The notes beneath the pieces are model-generated. The model was not told the origin of the DNA. It saw only the letters and a list, made by a program, of their open reading frames with translations, and did no database searches. Positions 11,851 through 22,330 of a stretch of 64,000 bases of DNA are shown in pieces; positions within the stretch are counted from its first letter, which is position 1; every line of letters begins with the position of its first letter. This stretch comes from an uncultured cyanobacterium. GTDB lineage: Bacteria > Cyanobacteriota > Cyanobacteriia > Cyanobacteriales > Nostocaceae. The translations under genes and the position numbers were made by a program. Where the stretch lies: contig OY970166.1 in the NCBI GenBank assembly GCA_963706595.1, positions 2,752,001 through 2,816,000 on the forward strand, given 5' to 3'.

Positions 11851-12075
11851 TTGTCTAAGCAAGATTTGATCGAAATGGAAGGCACTGTCACTGAATCCTT
11901 GCCCAATGCGATGTTTCGCGTTGATTTGGACAATGGATTTAATGTCTTGGCACACATTTCCGGTAAGATTCGCCGTAATTACATCAAGATTTTACCTGGC
12001 GATCGCGTCAAAGTGGAGTTAACTCCCTACGACCTCTCAAAAGGTAGAATCACCTATAGACTGCGGAAAAAATAG
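11851..12075 (+). CDS. infA: Translation initiation factor IF-1
   Basis: LPNAMFRV and HISGKIR. Confidence 0.99.
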   Translation: MSKQDLIEMEGTVTESLPNAMFRVDLDNGFNVLAHISGKIRRNYIKILPGDRVKVELTPYDLSKGRITYRLRKK

Positions 12076-12191
12076 TTATATGTCGAAAATCTTACCATAA
12101 AACCATCTTTTTGGGTTCTACCCAGTTACTTAAGTGAATTAATTTCCCTAAAAATGCTATAATTTACTATTTGGAGTCAATTAGAAAAGGC

Positions 12192-12305
12192 ATGAAAGTT
12201 CGAGCCTCAGTCAAGAAAATGTGTGAAAAATGTAACGTGATCCGCCGTCGCGGTCGCGTTATGGTGATTTGCGTGAATCCCAAACACAAACAACGCCAAG
12301 GCTAA
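12192..12305 (+). CDS. rpmJ: 50S ribosomal protein L36 (not in the ORF track)
   Basis: Manual translation [37 protein letters not shown]. Confidence 0.99.
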   Translation: MKVRASVKKMCEKCNVIRRRGRVMVICVNPKHKQRQG

Positions 12306-12418
12306 CACTCTCACACATCAAAGAGTGAAAACACAGATTAATCACCATTAAAGGCTACAAAGGCGTAATTACAGCACTTTGTAATAGTAACTGCGATAAC
12401 AATAGGGAGAAATTAATT

Positions 12419-12799
12419 GTGGCACGTATTTCCGGAGTAGACCTTCCACGCGATAAGCGCGTTGAAATTGGTCTGACTTATATCTACGGAATTGGGTTAA
12501 CAAGGTCTCTGGAAATTTTAGCCGCTACAGGTGTAAACCCAGATACCCGCGTTAAAGACCTAAGTGATGCTGACGTAGCAGCCCTGCGCGGCGAAATCGA
12601 AAGCAACTATCAAGTTGAAGGTGACTTACGGCGTTTAGAAGCCATGAGCATCAAGCGCTTGGTTGATATTGGTTGCTACCGTGGTCGTCGTCACCGCATG
12701 GGCTTACCAGTCAGAGGTCAAAGAACTCGCACTAATGCTAGAACCCGTCGCGGCAGAAGGCAGACAGTGGCTGGTAAGAAGAAGGCTCCAGGCAAATAA
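12419..12799 (+). CDS. rpsM: 30S ribosomal protein S13
   Basis: [16 protein letters not shown]. Confidence 0.99.
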   Translation: MARISGVDLPRDKRVEIGLTYIYGIGLTRSLEILAATGVNPDTRVKDLSDADVAALRGEIESNYQVEGDLRRLEAMSIKRLVDIGCYRGRRHRMGLPVRGQRTRTNARTRRGRRQTVAGKKKAPGK

Positions 12800-12853
12800 A
12801 CTTTCAACACTTGCTCGTCCAGGCAAGTTTTACCTTAGATTAACTAAACAAAT

Positions 12854-13249
12854 ATGGCAAGACAACCAACTAAAAAAGGCGGGAGCAAAAAGCAGAAGCG
12901 CAACGTACCCAACGGGATGGCCTACATCCAGTCTACTTTCAACAATAGCATTGTCACCATTACCGACCAAAATGGCGACGTTATTTCTTGGGCCAGTGCT
13001 GGTTCAAGCGGTTTTAAGGGAGCAAAAAAGGGAACTCCTTTTGCAGCACAAACCGCAGCTGAAAGTGCAGCCCGTCGGGCTATGGATCAAGGGATGCGCC
13101 AAATTGAAGTCATGGTAAGTGGCCCCGGAGCAGGTAGAGAAACCGCGATTCGGGCAATCCAAGGTGCAGGACTGGAAATTACCTTGATTCGGGACATTAC
13201 CCCGATTCCTCACAATGGTTGCCGTCCACCCAAACGCCGCCGAGTTTAA
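12854..13249 (+). CDS. rpsK: 30S ribosomal protein S11
   Basis: STFNNSIV and [15 protein letters not shown]. Confidence 0.99.
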   Translation: MARQPTKKGGSKKQKRNVPNGMAYIQSTFNNSIVTITDQNGDVISWASAGSSGFKGAKKGTPFAAQTAAESAARRAMDQGMRQIEVMVSGPGAGRETAIRAIQGAGLEITLIRDITPIPHNGCRPPKRRRV

Positions 13250-13515
13250 ATGCAACCTGTTTGTTAGCCATTGGGTCTACAAACTGTTTCTAATAGCTTG
13301 AGCAACGAGAAGCAAGTCAGCTCTTCCTGCCGGGAGGGCTGCTAAACTTCAGAAAAACCAAAATAAATAATGATCTCCCCTAAATAGGGTGATCAAACTA
13401 GACTGCCATTAAAAACTGGCAGTTGAATCTACCTAGCGAAAGCTAGGGAAAAAAAAGTAAATTCGGGGCAATTGATTTGCCTGCTAGCAGCACCTTAAAG
13501 AAGGGAGGCTAATCC

Positions 13516-14463
13516 GTGGCGCAGTTTCAAATTGAATGTGTAGAGTCTAATACTGAGGAAAGTCGGAGCCATTACAGTAAATTTGTGCTGGAACCTCTAG
13601 AGCGTGGTCAAGGAACAACAGTTGGCAACGCGCTGCGGCGGGTTTTACTGTCGAATCTAGAGGGGACAGCAGTTACAGCAGTGAGAATTGCCGGTGTCAG
13701 CCACGAGTTTGCTACAGTTCCGGGTGTGCGGGAAGACGTGCTGGAAATCCTCATGAAAATGAAGGAAGTAATCCTCAGAAGCTATTCTTCTCAACCCCAG
13801 ATTGGCAGATTACTCGTTAACGGACCAGCAACAGTCACCGTGGCTCATTTTGATTTGCCCAGTGAAGTAGAAGTCATCGACCAAACCCAGTATGTCGCTA
13901 CCTTAGCTGAGGGCGGCAAACTGGAAATGGAATTTCGGATTGAGAAAGGCAAAGGATATCGCACAGTAGAGCGAGGACGCGAAGAAGCCACTTCCTTGGA
14001 TTTTCTGCAAATTGACTCGGTATTTATGCCAGTCCGGAAAGTTAACTACAGTGTCGAAGAAGCCCGTGGTGAAAGCTCAATTACCAAAGACAGACTGCTG
14101 TTAGAAGTTTGGACAAATGGCAGTATTTCGCCCCAAGAAGCACTATCATCAGCAGCTGGTATTCTGGTAGAGCTATTCAATCCATTGAAAGATATTTCAC
14201 TGGAACCAACAGAAACAGGCGCTGAAGTCCCAGACGACCCCACTGCCCAAATTCCTATTGAAGAGTTGCAACTTTCTGTGCGGGCTTATAACTGCCTCAA
14301 ACGCGCACAAGTTAACTCTGTGGCTGATTTATTGGATTTCACTCAAGAAGACTTGTTAGAAATTAAAAACTTTGGTCAGAAGTCAGCAGAAGAGGTGGTT
14401 GAAGCCTTACAGCGCCGTTTAGGTATTACTCTGCCCCAAGAAAGAGGCACTAAACACACATAA
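13516..14463 (+). CDS. rpoA: RNA polymerase alpha subunit
   Basis: EPLERGQGTTVGNALRRVLLS and LSVRAYNCL. Confidence 0.99.
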   Translation: MAQFQIECVESNTEESRSHYSKFVLEPLERGQGTTVGNALRRVLLSNLEGTAVTAVRIAGVSHEFATVPGVREDVLEILMKMKEVILRSYSSQPQIGRLLVNGPATVTVAHFDLPSEVEVIDQTQYVATLAEGGKLEMEFRIEKGKGYRTVERGREEATSLDFLQIDSVFMPVRKVNYSVEEARGESSITKDRLLLEVWTNGSISPQEALSSAAGILVELFNPLKDISLEPTETGAEVPDDPTAQIPIEELQLSVRAYNCLKRAQVNSVADLLDFTQEDLLEIKNFGQKSAEEVVEALQRRLGITLPQERGTKHT

Positions 14464-14496
14464 GTCCAAATTTTTACTCATTCATAGTGCATTATT

Positions 14497-14847
14497 ATGC
14501 GTCACCGTTGTCGAGTCAAAAAACTCAGTAAACCAGCTGACCAACGTCGCGCCCTCTTGCGAGCGTTGACCACAGAGATCATCCGTCATGGTCGAATTAC
14601 CACAACTTTAATCCGAGCTAAAGTTGTGCGTAGTGAAGTTGAGAAAATGATTACCCTAGCTAAAAACGGCTCCTTATCAGCACGTCGGGAAGCTCTGGGT
14701 TATATCTACGACAAGCAACTAGTTCATGCTTTGTTTGAGCAAGCTCCGACTCGTTACGGCGAACGCCAAGGCGGTTATACCCGCATCATGCGTACCGTTC
14801 CGCGTCGGGGAGATCAGGCAAAAATGGCAATCATCGAGCTAGTTTAG
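14497..14847 (+). CDS. rplQ: 50S ribosomal protein L17
   Basis: MRHR start, RITTT and GGYTRI. Confidence 0.99.
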   Translation: MRHRCRVKKLSKPADQRRALLRALTTEIIRHGRITTTLIRAKVVRSEVEKMITLAKNGSLSARREALGYIYDKQLVHALFEQAPTRYGERQGGYTRIMRTVPRRGDQAKMAIIELV

Positions 14848-14913
14848 TTAATTGGTGATCGGTCATTGGTCATTAGTTAATGACCAGGACAGATACCAAC
14901 AGACAAAATCAGT

Positions 14914-15804
14914 ATGTTAGAAAGCCAACCGGTTCCTACCGAAACCCATAGAGTCGCCCTCGTAATTCAATACGTCGGCACTCATTTTCACGGCTGGCAA
15001 AGACAAAAGCAGCATCGTTCAGTTCAAGAAGAAATTGAAACAGCGATCGCGACGGTTCTTGGTTATCATGTGACTCTACATGGTGCTGGGCGAACCGATT
15101 CTGGAGTTCATGCAGCTGCTCAAGTAGCCCACTTTGAAGCCACGGGATTAATCCCACCTCACAGGTGGGCATCAATTCTGAATAGCTATCTGCCTCAAGA
15201 TATACTGATAAAGGCTTCAGCTGCTGTAGATAATCGTTGGCACGCGCGTTTCAGTGCTGCCTATCGCCGATATCGCTACACGATATACACTGAAGATCGG
15301 CCGAACTTGTTCGTCAGACCCTTCAGTTGGCATTATTATTATGCACCCCTGGATGAATGCTTAATCCAAGCTGCCCTCCAACCCTTGATGGGGAAGCATC
15401 ATTTGGCCGCATTTCACCGTGCAGGTTCCAAGCGATCGCATTCTTGGGTAGAGGTGCAAGCAGCAGAATGTCATCGTAGTGGGCCATTTCTTCATATTGA
15501 AATTCAGGCAAATGGATTTTTGTATGGCATGGTACGGCTGTTAGTAGGGATGCTGGCACAGGTAGGCACAGGTAAGCTGACACTTGCTGGCTTTACCGAA
15601 CTCTGGCAAGAAGAACGCCGCGAAGAAGTCAAATACGCTGCCCCTCCCCAGGGTTTGTGTTTGTTAAGAGTAGGCTATCCAGATTTTCCGTTTTCCCCAG
15701 AGATTTGGTACGAAACCCTGCCTAAATTGGTCTTTCCTACAGATATTCCTCTGGAATATGCCCAAACAGAACCCGTTTACCTCAATTCCACACCACTTTT
15801 GTAA
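14914..15804 (+). CDS. truA: tRNA pseudouridine(38-40) synthase
   Basis: FHGWQRQ and GAGRTDSGVHA. Confidence 0.98.
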   Translation: MLESQPVPTETHRVALVIQYVGTHFHGWQRQKQHRSVQEEIETAIATVLGYHVTLHGAGRTDSGVHAAAQVAHFEATGLIPPHRWASILNSYLPQDILIKASAAVDNRWHARFSAAYRRYRYTIYTEDRPNLFVRPFSWHYYYAPLDECLIQAALQPLMGKHHLAAFHRAGSKRSHSWVEVQAAECHRSGPFLHIEIQANGFLYGMVRLLVGMLAQVGTGKLTLAGFTELWQEERREEVKYAAPPQGLCLLRVGYPDFPFSPEIWYETLPKLVFPTDIPLEYAQTEPVYLNSTPLL

Positions 15805-15816
15805 ACCGAAACTCTA

Positions 15817-16275
15817 ATGACAACAAAAACCTACCTTCCTCCTCAAGCAACCCTTGAGCGTGAGTGGTACGTAGTAGATGCCACTGATAAACGCCTCGGC
15901 CGCCTCGCCACCGAAATCGCCATGATTTTGAGAGGCAAAAAGAAAGCCGAATTTACGCCCCACATGGACACCGGTGACTTTGTAATTGTGATCAATGCCG
16001 AAAAAATCGCAGTTACAGGCAAAAAGCGCACCCAAAAACTTTACCGTCGCCATTCAGGCCGTCCCGGCGGAATGAAAACAGAAACCTTTGCTAAACTGCA
16101 ACAGCGCCTACCAGAACGGATATTAGAACACGCCGTCAAAGGTATGCTCCCTAAAAATAGTTTGGGTAAGCAGTTGTTCACTAAACTCAAAGTCTACGCT
16201 GGGCCGACTCATCCCCACGAAGCGCAAAAACCCAAAGAACTAAAAATTAATACAATTCCTGGAGAAGAAAATTAA
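15817..16275 (+). CDS. rplM: 50S ribosomal protein L13
   Basis: [17 protein letters not shown] and AVKGMLP. Confidence 0.99.
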   Translation: MTTKTYLPPQATLEREWYVVDATDKRLGRLATEIAMILRGKKKAEFTPHMDTGDFVIVINAEKIAVTGKKRTQKLYRRHSGRPGGMKTETFAKLQQRLPERILEHAVKGMLPKNSLGKQLFTKLKVYAGPTHPHEAQKPKELKINTIPGEEN

Positions 16276-16691
16276 TGGTAGTAGCAGATAGCAATAGCGG
16301 TCGCGCCGTATATTGGGGTACTGGTCGTCGCAAGTCCGCAGTCGCACGCGTCAGATTGGTTCCAGGTGAAGGTAAGTTGACTGTCAATGGTAAGGATGGA
16401 GAATTGTATTTTCAATTCAACGCCAACTACCTGGGAGTTATTAAAAACCCTCTAGAAACTCTGGGACTAGAAAACGAATACGACATTTTGGTGAAAGCTG
16501 AAGGCGGCGGCTTGACAGGACAAGCTGATTCTATTCGTTTAGGTGTAGCTCGCGCCCTGTGTCAACTAGACCCAGATAACCGTCCACCTTTGAAAACTGA
16601 GGGCTACCTAACTCGTGACCCCCGTGCCAAAGAACGGAAAAAATATGGTTTGCACAAAGCCCGGAAAGCTCCTCAGTACTCCAAACGTTAA
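16275..16691 (+). CDS. rpsI: 30S ribosomal protein S9
   Basis: [12 protein letters not shown] and [11 protein letters not shown]. Confidence 0.99.
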   Translation: MVVADSNSGRAVYWGTGRRKSAVARVRLVPGEGKLTVNGKDGELYFQFNANYLGVIKNPLETLGLENEYDILVKAEGGGLTGQADSIRLGVARALCQLDPDNRPPLKTEGYLTRDPRAKERKKYGLHKARKAPQYSKR

Positions 16692-16695
16692 GTCA

Positions 16696-16750
16696 ATTTT
16701 GGATTTTGGATTTTGGATTTTAGATTGTAGTCTGATCCAAAATCTAAAAT
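16696..16750. repeat. STRR (TTTTGGA x3 with inverse arm)
   Basis: ATTTTGGATTTTGGATTTTGGATTTTAGATT ... ATCCAAAATCTAAAAT. Confidence 0.8.
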
Positions 16751-16808
16751 TCCCTAGTCCCCATTCCCATCTAAAAGTTATAATTGACATAGGTTAACGA
16801 CAAAAAAC

Positions 16809-17048
16809 ATGGCTAAATCTGATATTCATCCCAAGTGGTATCCAGACGCTAAAGTTTACTGTAACGGTCAAGTTGTCATGACCATTGGCTCTACCAAGCC
16901 AGAATTACACGTAGACGTTTGGTCTGGAAACCACCCCTTTTATACTGGTACTCAGAAGCTGATCGATACTGAAGGTCGAGTTGAACGCTTCTTACGTAAA
17001 TACGGTATGAGCAGCACTCAAGCCACAGAAGAAACTCAAGAGAAGTAG
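16809..17048 (+). CDS. rpmE: 50S ribosomal protein L31
   Basis: DIHPKWY, HPFYTG and GRVERF. Confidence 0.98.
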   Translation: MAKSDIHPKWYPDAKVYCNGQVVMTIGSTKPELHVDVWSGNHPFYTGTQKLIDTEGRVERFLRKYGMSSTQATEETQEK

Positions 17049-17144
17049 CGGTTTGGCTCTGCTGTTAACGACGACCCTGCAACTGCTGGGTCGATTGTCA
17101 TTTTTGGGCGAGCCAAGTTGTTATTTTTAAGGAGCGCATTCGTC

Positions 17145-18242
17145 ATGGCTGAATCATACTTACTAGATAAACTTAAATCTGTTGAACAAACCTTTCATGA
17201 ATTAACCCGTCGTCTGGCTGATCCGGATACTGCTAGCAATCCTGATGAGTATCAAAAAATCGCCAAGTCTCGGTCATCTTTGGAAGAGGTAGTAAATACC
17301 TACGAAACCTGGAAGATTGCAACTGAAGAATTAGCAGGGGCGCGTCAGGTATACAAAGAGGCCAACAGTGACCCAGAGTTGCATGAAATGGCTGCTTTGG
17401 AAGTTAATGAATTAGAAGAAAAACTAGAACATTTAGAAGCTCGCTTGAAGGTGTTGCTGTTACCTCGTGACCCCAATGATGATAAAAACATCATGTTGGA
17501 AATTCGCGCTGGTACGGGTGGCGATGAAGCGAGTATTTGGGCTGGAGATTTACTGCGGATGTACTCCCGCTATGCTGAACTCCAGCATTGGAAAGTCAAA
17601 CTGGTGAGCGAGTCACTGGGTGAAATGGGCGGCTTTAAAGAAGTAATCCTGGAAATTCAGGGTGATAGCGTTTACAGTCAGCTAAAGTTTGAAGCGGGTG
17701 TGCATCGTGTACAGCGTGTACCAGCAACCGAAGCCGGGGGAAGAGTTCATACTTCTACTGCCACAATAGCGATTATGCCAGAAGTGGACGATGTGGAAAT
17801 TCACATTGATCCAAAGGATATTGAAATGAGTACAGCTCGTTCTGGTGGTGCTGGTGGACAAAACGTCAACAAAGTAGAAACGGCGGCTGACTTGTTCCAC
17901 AAACCCACAGGTATCCGCATTTTCTGTACAGAAGAACGTAGCCAGTTGCAAAACAAAGAACGGGCGATGCAAATCCTGCGGGCGAAACTGTACGAAATGA
18001 AGTTAGCCGAACAACAAGATGCTGTAACTTCCATGAGGCGATCGCAAGTTGGGACAGGATCACGATCAGAAAAAATTCGTACCTACAATTATAAAGATAA
18101 CCGCGTTACCGACCACCGTCTAGGACAGAATTATTCTCTTAATCCTGTCTTAGAAGGCGAGTTAGAAACGGTGATTCAATCTTGTATCTCTCAAGACCAG
18201 CAAGAACGCCTAGCAGAGTTAGCAACTTCTAGTTCTAACTAA
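17145..18242 (+). CDS. prfA: Peptide chain release factor 1
   Basis: GGQ motif, PAT anticodon-mimic motif (RVPATE); ATG after AAGGAG. Confidence 0.98.
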   Translation: MAESYLLDKLKSVEQTFHELTRRLADPDTASNPDEYQKIAKSRSSLEEVVNTYETWKIATEELAGARQVYKEANSDPELHEMAALEVNELEEKLEHLEARLKVLLLPRDPNDDKNIMLEIRAGTGGDEASIWAGDLLRMYSRYAELQHWKVKLVSESLGEMGGFKEVILEIQGDSVYSQLKFEAGVHRVQRVPATEAGGRVHTSTATIAIMPEVDDVEIHIDPKDIEMSTARSGGAGGQNVNKVETAADLFHKPTGIRIFCTEERSQLQNKERAMQILRAKLYEMKLAEQQDAVTSMRRSQVGTGSRSEKIRTYNYKDNRVTDHRLGQNYSLNPVLEGELETVIQSCISQDQQERLAELATSSSN

Positions 18243-18261
18243 TTTGTGCCTGTTAAACTTC

Positions 18262-18699
18262 CTAGAAAACCGCTACTTGTTCTGTAGCTTGCAATACATA
18301 CAGGCGGTTTTCTAATGCGTTGCTGATTGCGTCCGATATTTCACTGAGATAATGGTAATATGCAAACTCGTACTGGATGATGTGATTTAACTTCTTCCAT
18401 TCTGGCAGGGTTGGGCAGGAGTCAATTAATTTTTCCACATCTGTTTGCCAACGGGCAAAAATCCGATAACTGAAAAAGCTACAGCAGACGTTATCATTTG
18501 CATCCCAGTAGGAAATACACACCTGATGCTTGAGACAACGGATTTTTTTGACTTGCTTAACGTCGTAGCCTTTAACTTTCAGGGCTTCTTTAACTTCTGC
18601 GTCTGAAATGTTCCATTGATCTGGTTTAATCTTATTAGAGGCGATGAGATTTCGACCTGAACAGCGATATTTTTTAACCTTGCGTGGACTGCGGAACAT
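18262..18699 (-). CDS. Hypothetical protein
   Basis: 145-aa ORF, divergent from the HTH gene; no family recognised. Confidence 0.7.
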   Translation of the reverse strand: MFRSPRKVKKYRCSGRNLIASNKIKPDQWNISDAEVKEALKVKGYDVKQVKKIRCLKHQVCISYWDANDNVCCSFFSYRIFARWQTDVEKLIDSCPTLPEWKKLNHIIQYEFAYYHYLSEISDAISNALENRLYVLQATEQVAVF

Positions 18700-18888
18700 G
18701 ATGCACCCTTGATTTGATTGGCAGCAAAGCCGAAAAGTCTAGTTATGTATTTATTTCTAGGTTAAAATAAGAATTGCTACCTGTAATTATTTTAAGATAC
18801 CAGCAACAATAAACCTTGTCAAGATAAAAGTAAAATTTAAATAATTGTTCACTAAACTTGTAAATAAAGTTGGCTAGCTATATAAGCA

Positions 18889-19251
18889 GTGAAAATTGAA
18901 AGCAGAGAAAAACTGGTAGAAATCATCAAATTAGCTCGTGGTTCCATGAGTCAACGAGCCTTTGGCAAACTGTTGGGAGTTTCTGCTACTGCTGTTCAGT
19001 TGTGGGAAAAAGGTGTGAATGTGCCAGATACCGACTATTTGGCGAAGATAGCAGCCAGAGCTGGTTATACGTTACAAGAGTTAATCACCTGCTTAAATGG
19101 CGAGCCAATCCAAGAAATTTCCGATATAAATTTGATTTTGAGACAAATCAAGTATATGCCTTTGAGTCAAGTGGCTGAGATTGTGCGCGCTGCGGCGGAT
19201 AGATTAGCAACTGTGGCTGAAACATCTGAGGATGAGGCTAAGGCTAGTTAA
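18889..19251 (+). CDS. XRE/Cro-C1 helix-turn-helix regulator
   Basis: MSQRAFGKLLGVSATAVQLWEKG HTH pattern. Confidence 0.85.
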   Translation: MKIESREKLVEIIKLARGSMSQRAFGKLLGVSATAVQLWEKGVNVPDTDYLAKIAARAGYTLQELITCLNGEPIQEISDINLILRQIKYMPLSQVAEIVRAAADRLATVAETSEDEAKAS

Positions 19252-19320
19252 TTTGCAGCCGGGTAGCCAGAAGAAAATATGAGCAATTGTGATAGCGATT
19301 ATCAGTTAAGTGAGATACAA

Positions 19321-19365
19321 GAACCCCACCTCCAACCCCCTCCCCGCAAGCGAGGAGGGGGCTAT
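19321..19365. repeat. GC-rich intergenic hairpin repeat
   Basis: CCCCCTCCCCGCAAGCGAGGAGGGGG; related element at 35057-35100. Confidence 0.6.
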
Positions 19366-19431
19366 TATGTACTTTATTCAAGTCCATACTGCTATAGTAT
19401 TTTTGAATTGGTAAGATTCAACTGATTAAAT

Positions 19432-19476
19432 ATGGACGAACCTTGTTTGTATGACCAAGACTTCTACGGATGGACA
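19432..19476 (+). pseudogene. 5' remnant of a DUF29-like gene
   Basis: Translates MDEPCLYDQDFYGWT, matching the LYD(Q/T)DFxxW N-terminus typical of DUF29 proteins; similarity ends just before the restriction-modification gene. Confidence 0.55.
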
Positions 19477-19517
19477 TGGGAATTATTAAAACTACTTAGG
19501 GCAATTCCCAATTCAAC

Positions 19518-22202
19518 ATGGCAGCAGCGACACCTGAAAGTCTGAATAAGTTTGTGAGTTTTTGTCAGCAGCACATCAAGGGACAGGAAAGGAAGGAAGC
19601 GCAAACGTTTTTAGACCGCTTTTTTCGGGCTTTTGGGCATGAAGGAGCGCTGGAAGCTGGGGCGAGTTATGAGGAAGCGATAAAAAAGAGCAGCAAGACG
19701 GGTAAAACGGGTTTTGCTGATTTGGTTTGGAAACCCCGCGTGTTAATTGAGATGAAGAAGCGGGGGGAGGATTTGAGTAAGCATTATTCCCAGGCTTTTG
19801 ACTATTGGACGCGCCTAGTACCAGACCGTCCGCGTTATGTTTTGCTGTGCAATTTTGATGAGTTTTGGATTTTTGACTTTGATATTCAGCTAGATACACC
19901 TGTAGATAAAATATCCCTGGAGCAACTGCCAGAAAGGGCGGGAGCTTTTGCATTTATGGAGTTTGGTAATAAAACTCCTATTTTCAATAATAACCAGGTG
20001 GAGGTGACAGTAAGGGCGGCGCGTCGCATGGGTGAGTTGCTGTTGGTACTGGAAAAGCGGGGAATTGAGAAGTTGACAGCGCAGCGCTTTATTTTGCAAT
20101 GCGTGCTGGCGATGTTTGCTGAAGATAGGCAACTTTTACCCCGTGATATGTTTATTTCCTGTGTTCAGGATTGCATGGCTGGAGCGAGTTCTTATGATAT
20201 TTTGGGTGGTTTATTTCGGGAAATGAATCTGCAAGGAAAAACGCCAGCCGGACGTTATCAAGGTGTAGATTATTTCAATGGTGGGTTATTTTCTCAGATT
20301 CAAGCGATTGAGTTGACAAGGGAAGAATTAAATTTTTTGGATGTCTCAGCTAAGGAGAATTGGAGTAAGGTACGTCCGGCTATTTTTGGGAATCTATTTG
20401 AAGGAACGGTAGATAAAAAAGAGCGTCACGCCAAGGGTATTCATTACACTTCGGAAGCGGACATTATGAAAATTGTTCGTCCCACAATTAGCCGTTATTG
20501 GGAAGATAGAATTGATGCGGCTGGCTCAATTAAGGAACTCTCTCAACTACAATTAGAATTACAAAGTTATCGCGTACTTGACCCTGCTTGTGGTTCTGGT
20601 AATTTTCTCTATATAGCGTATCAGGAACTTAAAAGAATTGAAAGTTTGCTATTAGAGAAGTTACAACAGCGTCGGAAATCGGAAGATAAGCAAATGCTGA
20701 TGGGTTTGGTGACTCCTCTGCAATTTTATGGAATGGATACGAATCCCTTTGCGGTGGAATTGGCGCGGGTGACATTAATGATTGCGCGGAAGATTGCAAT
20801 TGATAATTTACAATTAACTGAGCCTCCCTTACCTTTGGATTCTTTGGATAATAATATCGTTTGTCAGGATGCTTTATTTAGTGAATGGCCAAAAGCTAAT
20901 GCAATTATTGGTAATCCGCCATTTTTAGGTGGTAAACATATTAGAATCGCTTTAGGTGACGAATATATAGATAAAGTTTTTCAACGCTTTCCTCGTGTTA
21001 AAGATTCTATAGATTTTTGTGCTTATTGGTTTCGGTTAGCTCATGAACATATTGATGGAAAAGGTAGGGTAGGTTTAGTTGCTACTAACTCTATTAGTCA
21101 AGGTAAAAGCAGAATTGCAACTTTAGATTATATTACTCAAAATAATGGTTATATTCATGAGGCTGTTTCTACACAACCTTGGTCGGGTGAAGCTAAGGTT
21201 CATGTAAGTATTGTTAATTGGTGTAAGGATAAGCCGGAAAAATATTATTTAGATAATCAGATAGTTTCACAAATCAATTCTGCACTGAAATCTAGTATTG
21301 ATGTTTCTCAGGTCGTAAGACTAAAAGCTAATCTTAATAAATGCTTTCAAGGTGTAATTCCTGTAGGGGAAGGTTTTATAGTTACGGAACAGCAGGTAAG
21401 CGATTGGATAAAAGCTGATATAAAAAATAAAGAAGTCCTAAAGTTGTTTTCAATGGGTGCGAATTTAGCTAAAAATCCTCATGGAAAGCCTGAAAGATGG
21501 ATTATTGATTTTAATGATATGAGTATTGAGGATGCTAGTGATTATAAATTACCATTTGAATATATTAAAAAAACTGTTAAGCCACAAAGAGAGAATAACC
21601 GTAGAAATATTACCAAAATGAATTGGTGGAAATATGGCGAAAAAAGACCAGCTATGAGAACAGCAATTTCATCTCTGTCATTTTATTTCGCTGTTCCAGA
21701 AGTAAGTAAATGGGCTATATTTAGCCTTTGTCCTTCTGAATGGCTATCAGGTAATAAAACTAAAGCTGTTGCTTCCGATGATTTCTATATTCTTGGCATT
21801 CTTTCATCTAACATCCATCGTACTTGGATGCACGCGCAAAAATCAACTTTAAAAGCAGATATCGCCTATACTCACAATACTTGCTTTGAAACCTTTCCCT
21901 TTCCCCAAAACCCCGACGCTAAATTAGTCCAACAAATTCGCGCCAAAGCCGAAGAACTCCACCAATATCGCACTGAACAAATGGAGTCGAAACAGTGGGG
22001 AATAACCACAATATATAATAAATTCTTTAACGAACCCAGCAGCCAACTTTATAAACTGCATGAACAGTTAGATAAATTAGTAATGCAAGCCTATAAATTT
22101 AAAACTAAAGATGATATTTTAGAAAAATTGCTGACGTTGAATAAAGAGTTAGCCGAGAAAGAAAAACAAGGTGAAACCGTCATTGGTCCTTGGACACCTT
22201 AA
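19518..22202 (+). CDS. Single-chain Type IIG/IIL (MmeI-like) restriction endonuclease-adenine methyltransferase
   Basis: N-terminal nuclease (AD..VLIEMK), DPACGSGNFL motif I, GNPPF motif IV, C-terminal TRD with ETFPFP. Confidence 0.88.
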   Translation: MAAATPESLNKFVSFCQQHIKGQERKEAQTFLDRFFRAFGHEGALEAGASYEEAIKKSSKTGKTGFADLVWKPRVLIEMKKRGEDLSKHYSQAFDYWTRLVPDRPRYVLLCNFDEFWIFDFDIQLDTPVDKISLEQLPERAGAFAFMEFGNKTPIFNNNQVEVTVRAARRMGELLLVLEKRGIEKLTAQRFILQCVLAMFAEDRQLLPRDMFISCVQDCMAGASSYDILGGLFREMNLQGKTPAGRYQGVDYFNGGLFSQIQAIELTREELNFLDVSAKENWSKVRPAIFGNLFEGTVDKKERHAKGIHYTSEADIMKIVRPTISRYWEDRIDAAGSIKELSQLQLELQSYRVLDPACGSGNFLYIAYQELKRIESLLLEKLQQRRKSEDKQMLMGLVTPLQFYGMDTNPFAVELARVTLMIARKIAIDNLQLTEPPLPLDSLDNNIVCQDALFSEWPKANAIIGNPPFLGGKHIRIALGDEYIDKVFQRFPRVKDSIDFCAYWFRLAHEHIDGKGRVGLVATNSISQGKSRIATLDYITQNNGYIHEAVSTQPWSGEAKVHVSIVNWCKDKPEKYYLDNQIVSQINSALKSSIDVSQVVRLKANLNKCFQGVIPVGEGFIVTEQQVSDWIKADIKNKEVLKLFSMGANLAKNPHGKPERWIIDFNDMSIEDASDYKLPFEYIKKTVKPQRENNRRNITKMNWWKYGEKRPAMRTAISSLSFYFAVPEVSKWAIFSLCPSEWLSGNKTKAVASDDFYILGILSSNIHRTWMHAQKSTLKADIAYTHNTCFETFPFPQNPDAKLVQQIRAKAEELHQYRTEQMESKQWGITTIYNKFFNEPSSQLYKLHEQLDKLVMQAYKFKTKDDILEKLLTLNKELAEKEKQGETVIGPWTP

Positions 22203-22217
22203 AATATAAGAAAGTGT

Positions 22218-22320
22218 CACGCAGAGGCGCAGAGGCGCAAAGGCGCAAAGGTAAGGATTTAAGCTTTCCCTAACCTCAGCGTACCTTTGCGTTAACCTTA
22301 GCGCCCCTCTGCGTTAAAAA
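22218..22320. repeat. GCGCAGAG/CTCTGCG repeat element (left and right arm)
   Basis: CACGCAGAGGCGCAGAGGCGCAAAGGCGCAAAGG ... CCTTTGCG ... CCTCTGCG. Confidence 0.8.
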
Positions 22321-22330
22321 TTCCATATTT

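Noticed and set aside
610..14463. Absence of rpsJ, rpsN, rpmD and rpsD from the operon
   Set aside because: This is the normal cyanobacterial arrangement
450..18063. Many antisense and alternate-frame ORFs over the ribosomal operon
   Set aside because: They overlap highly conserved genes and show no recognisable motifs; they are shadow ORFs
19411..19423. 13-mer GTAAGATTCAACT shared with the intron P1 loop
   Set aside because: Short AT-rich match without flanking similarity; likely chance
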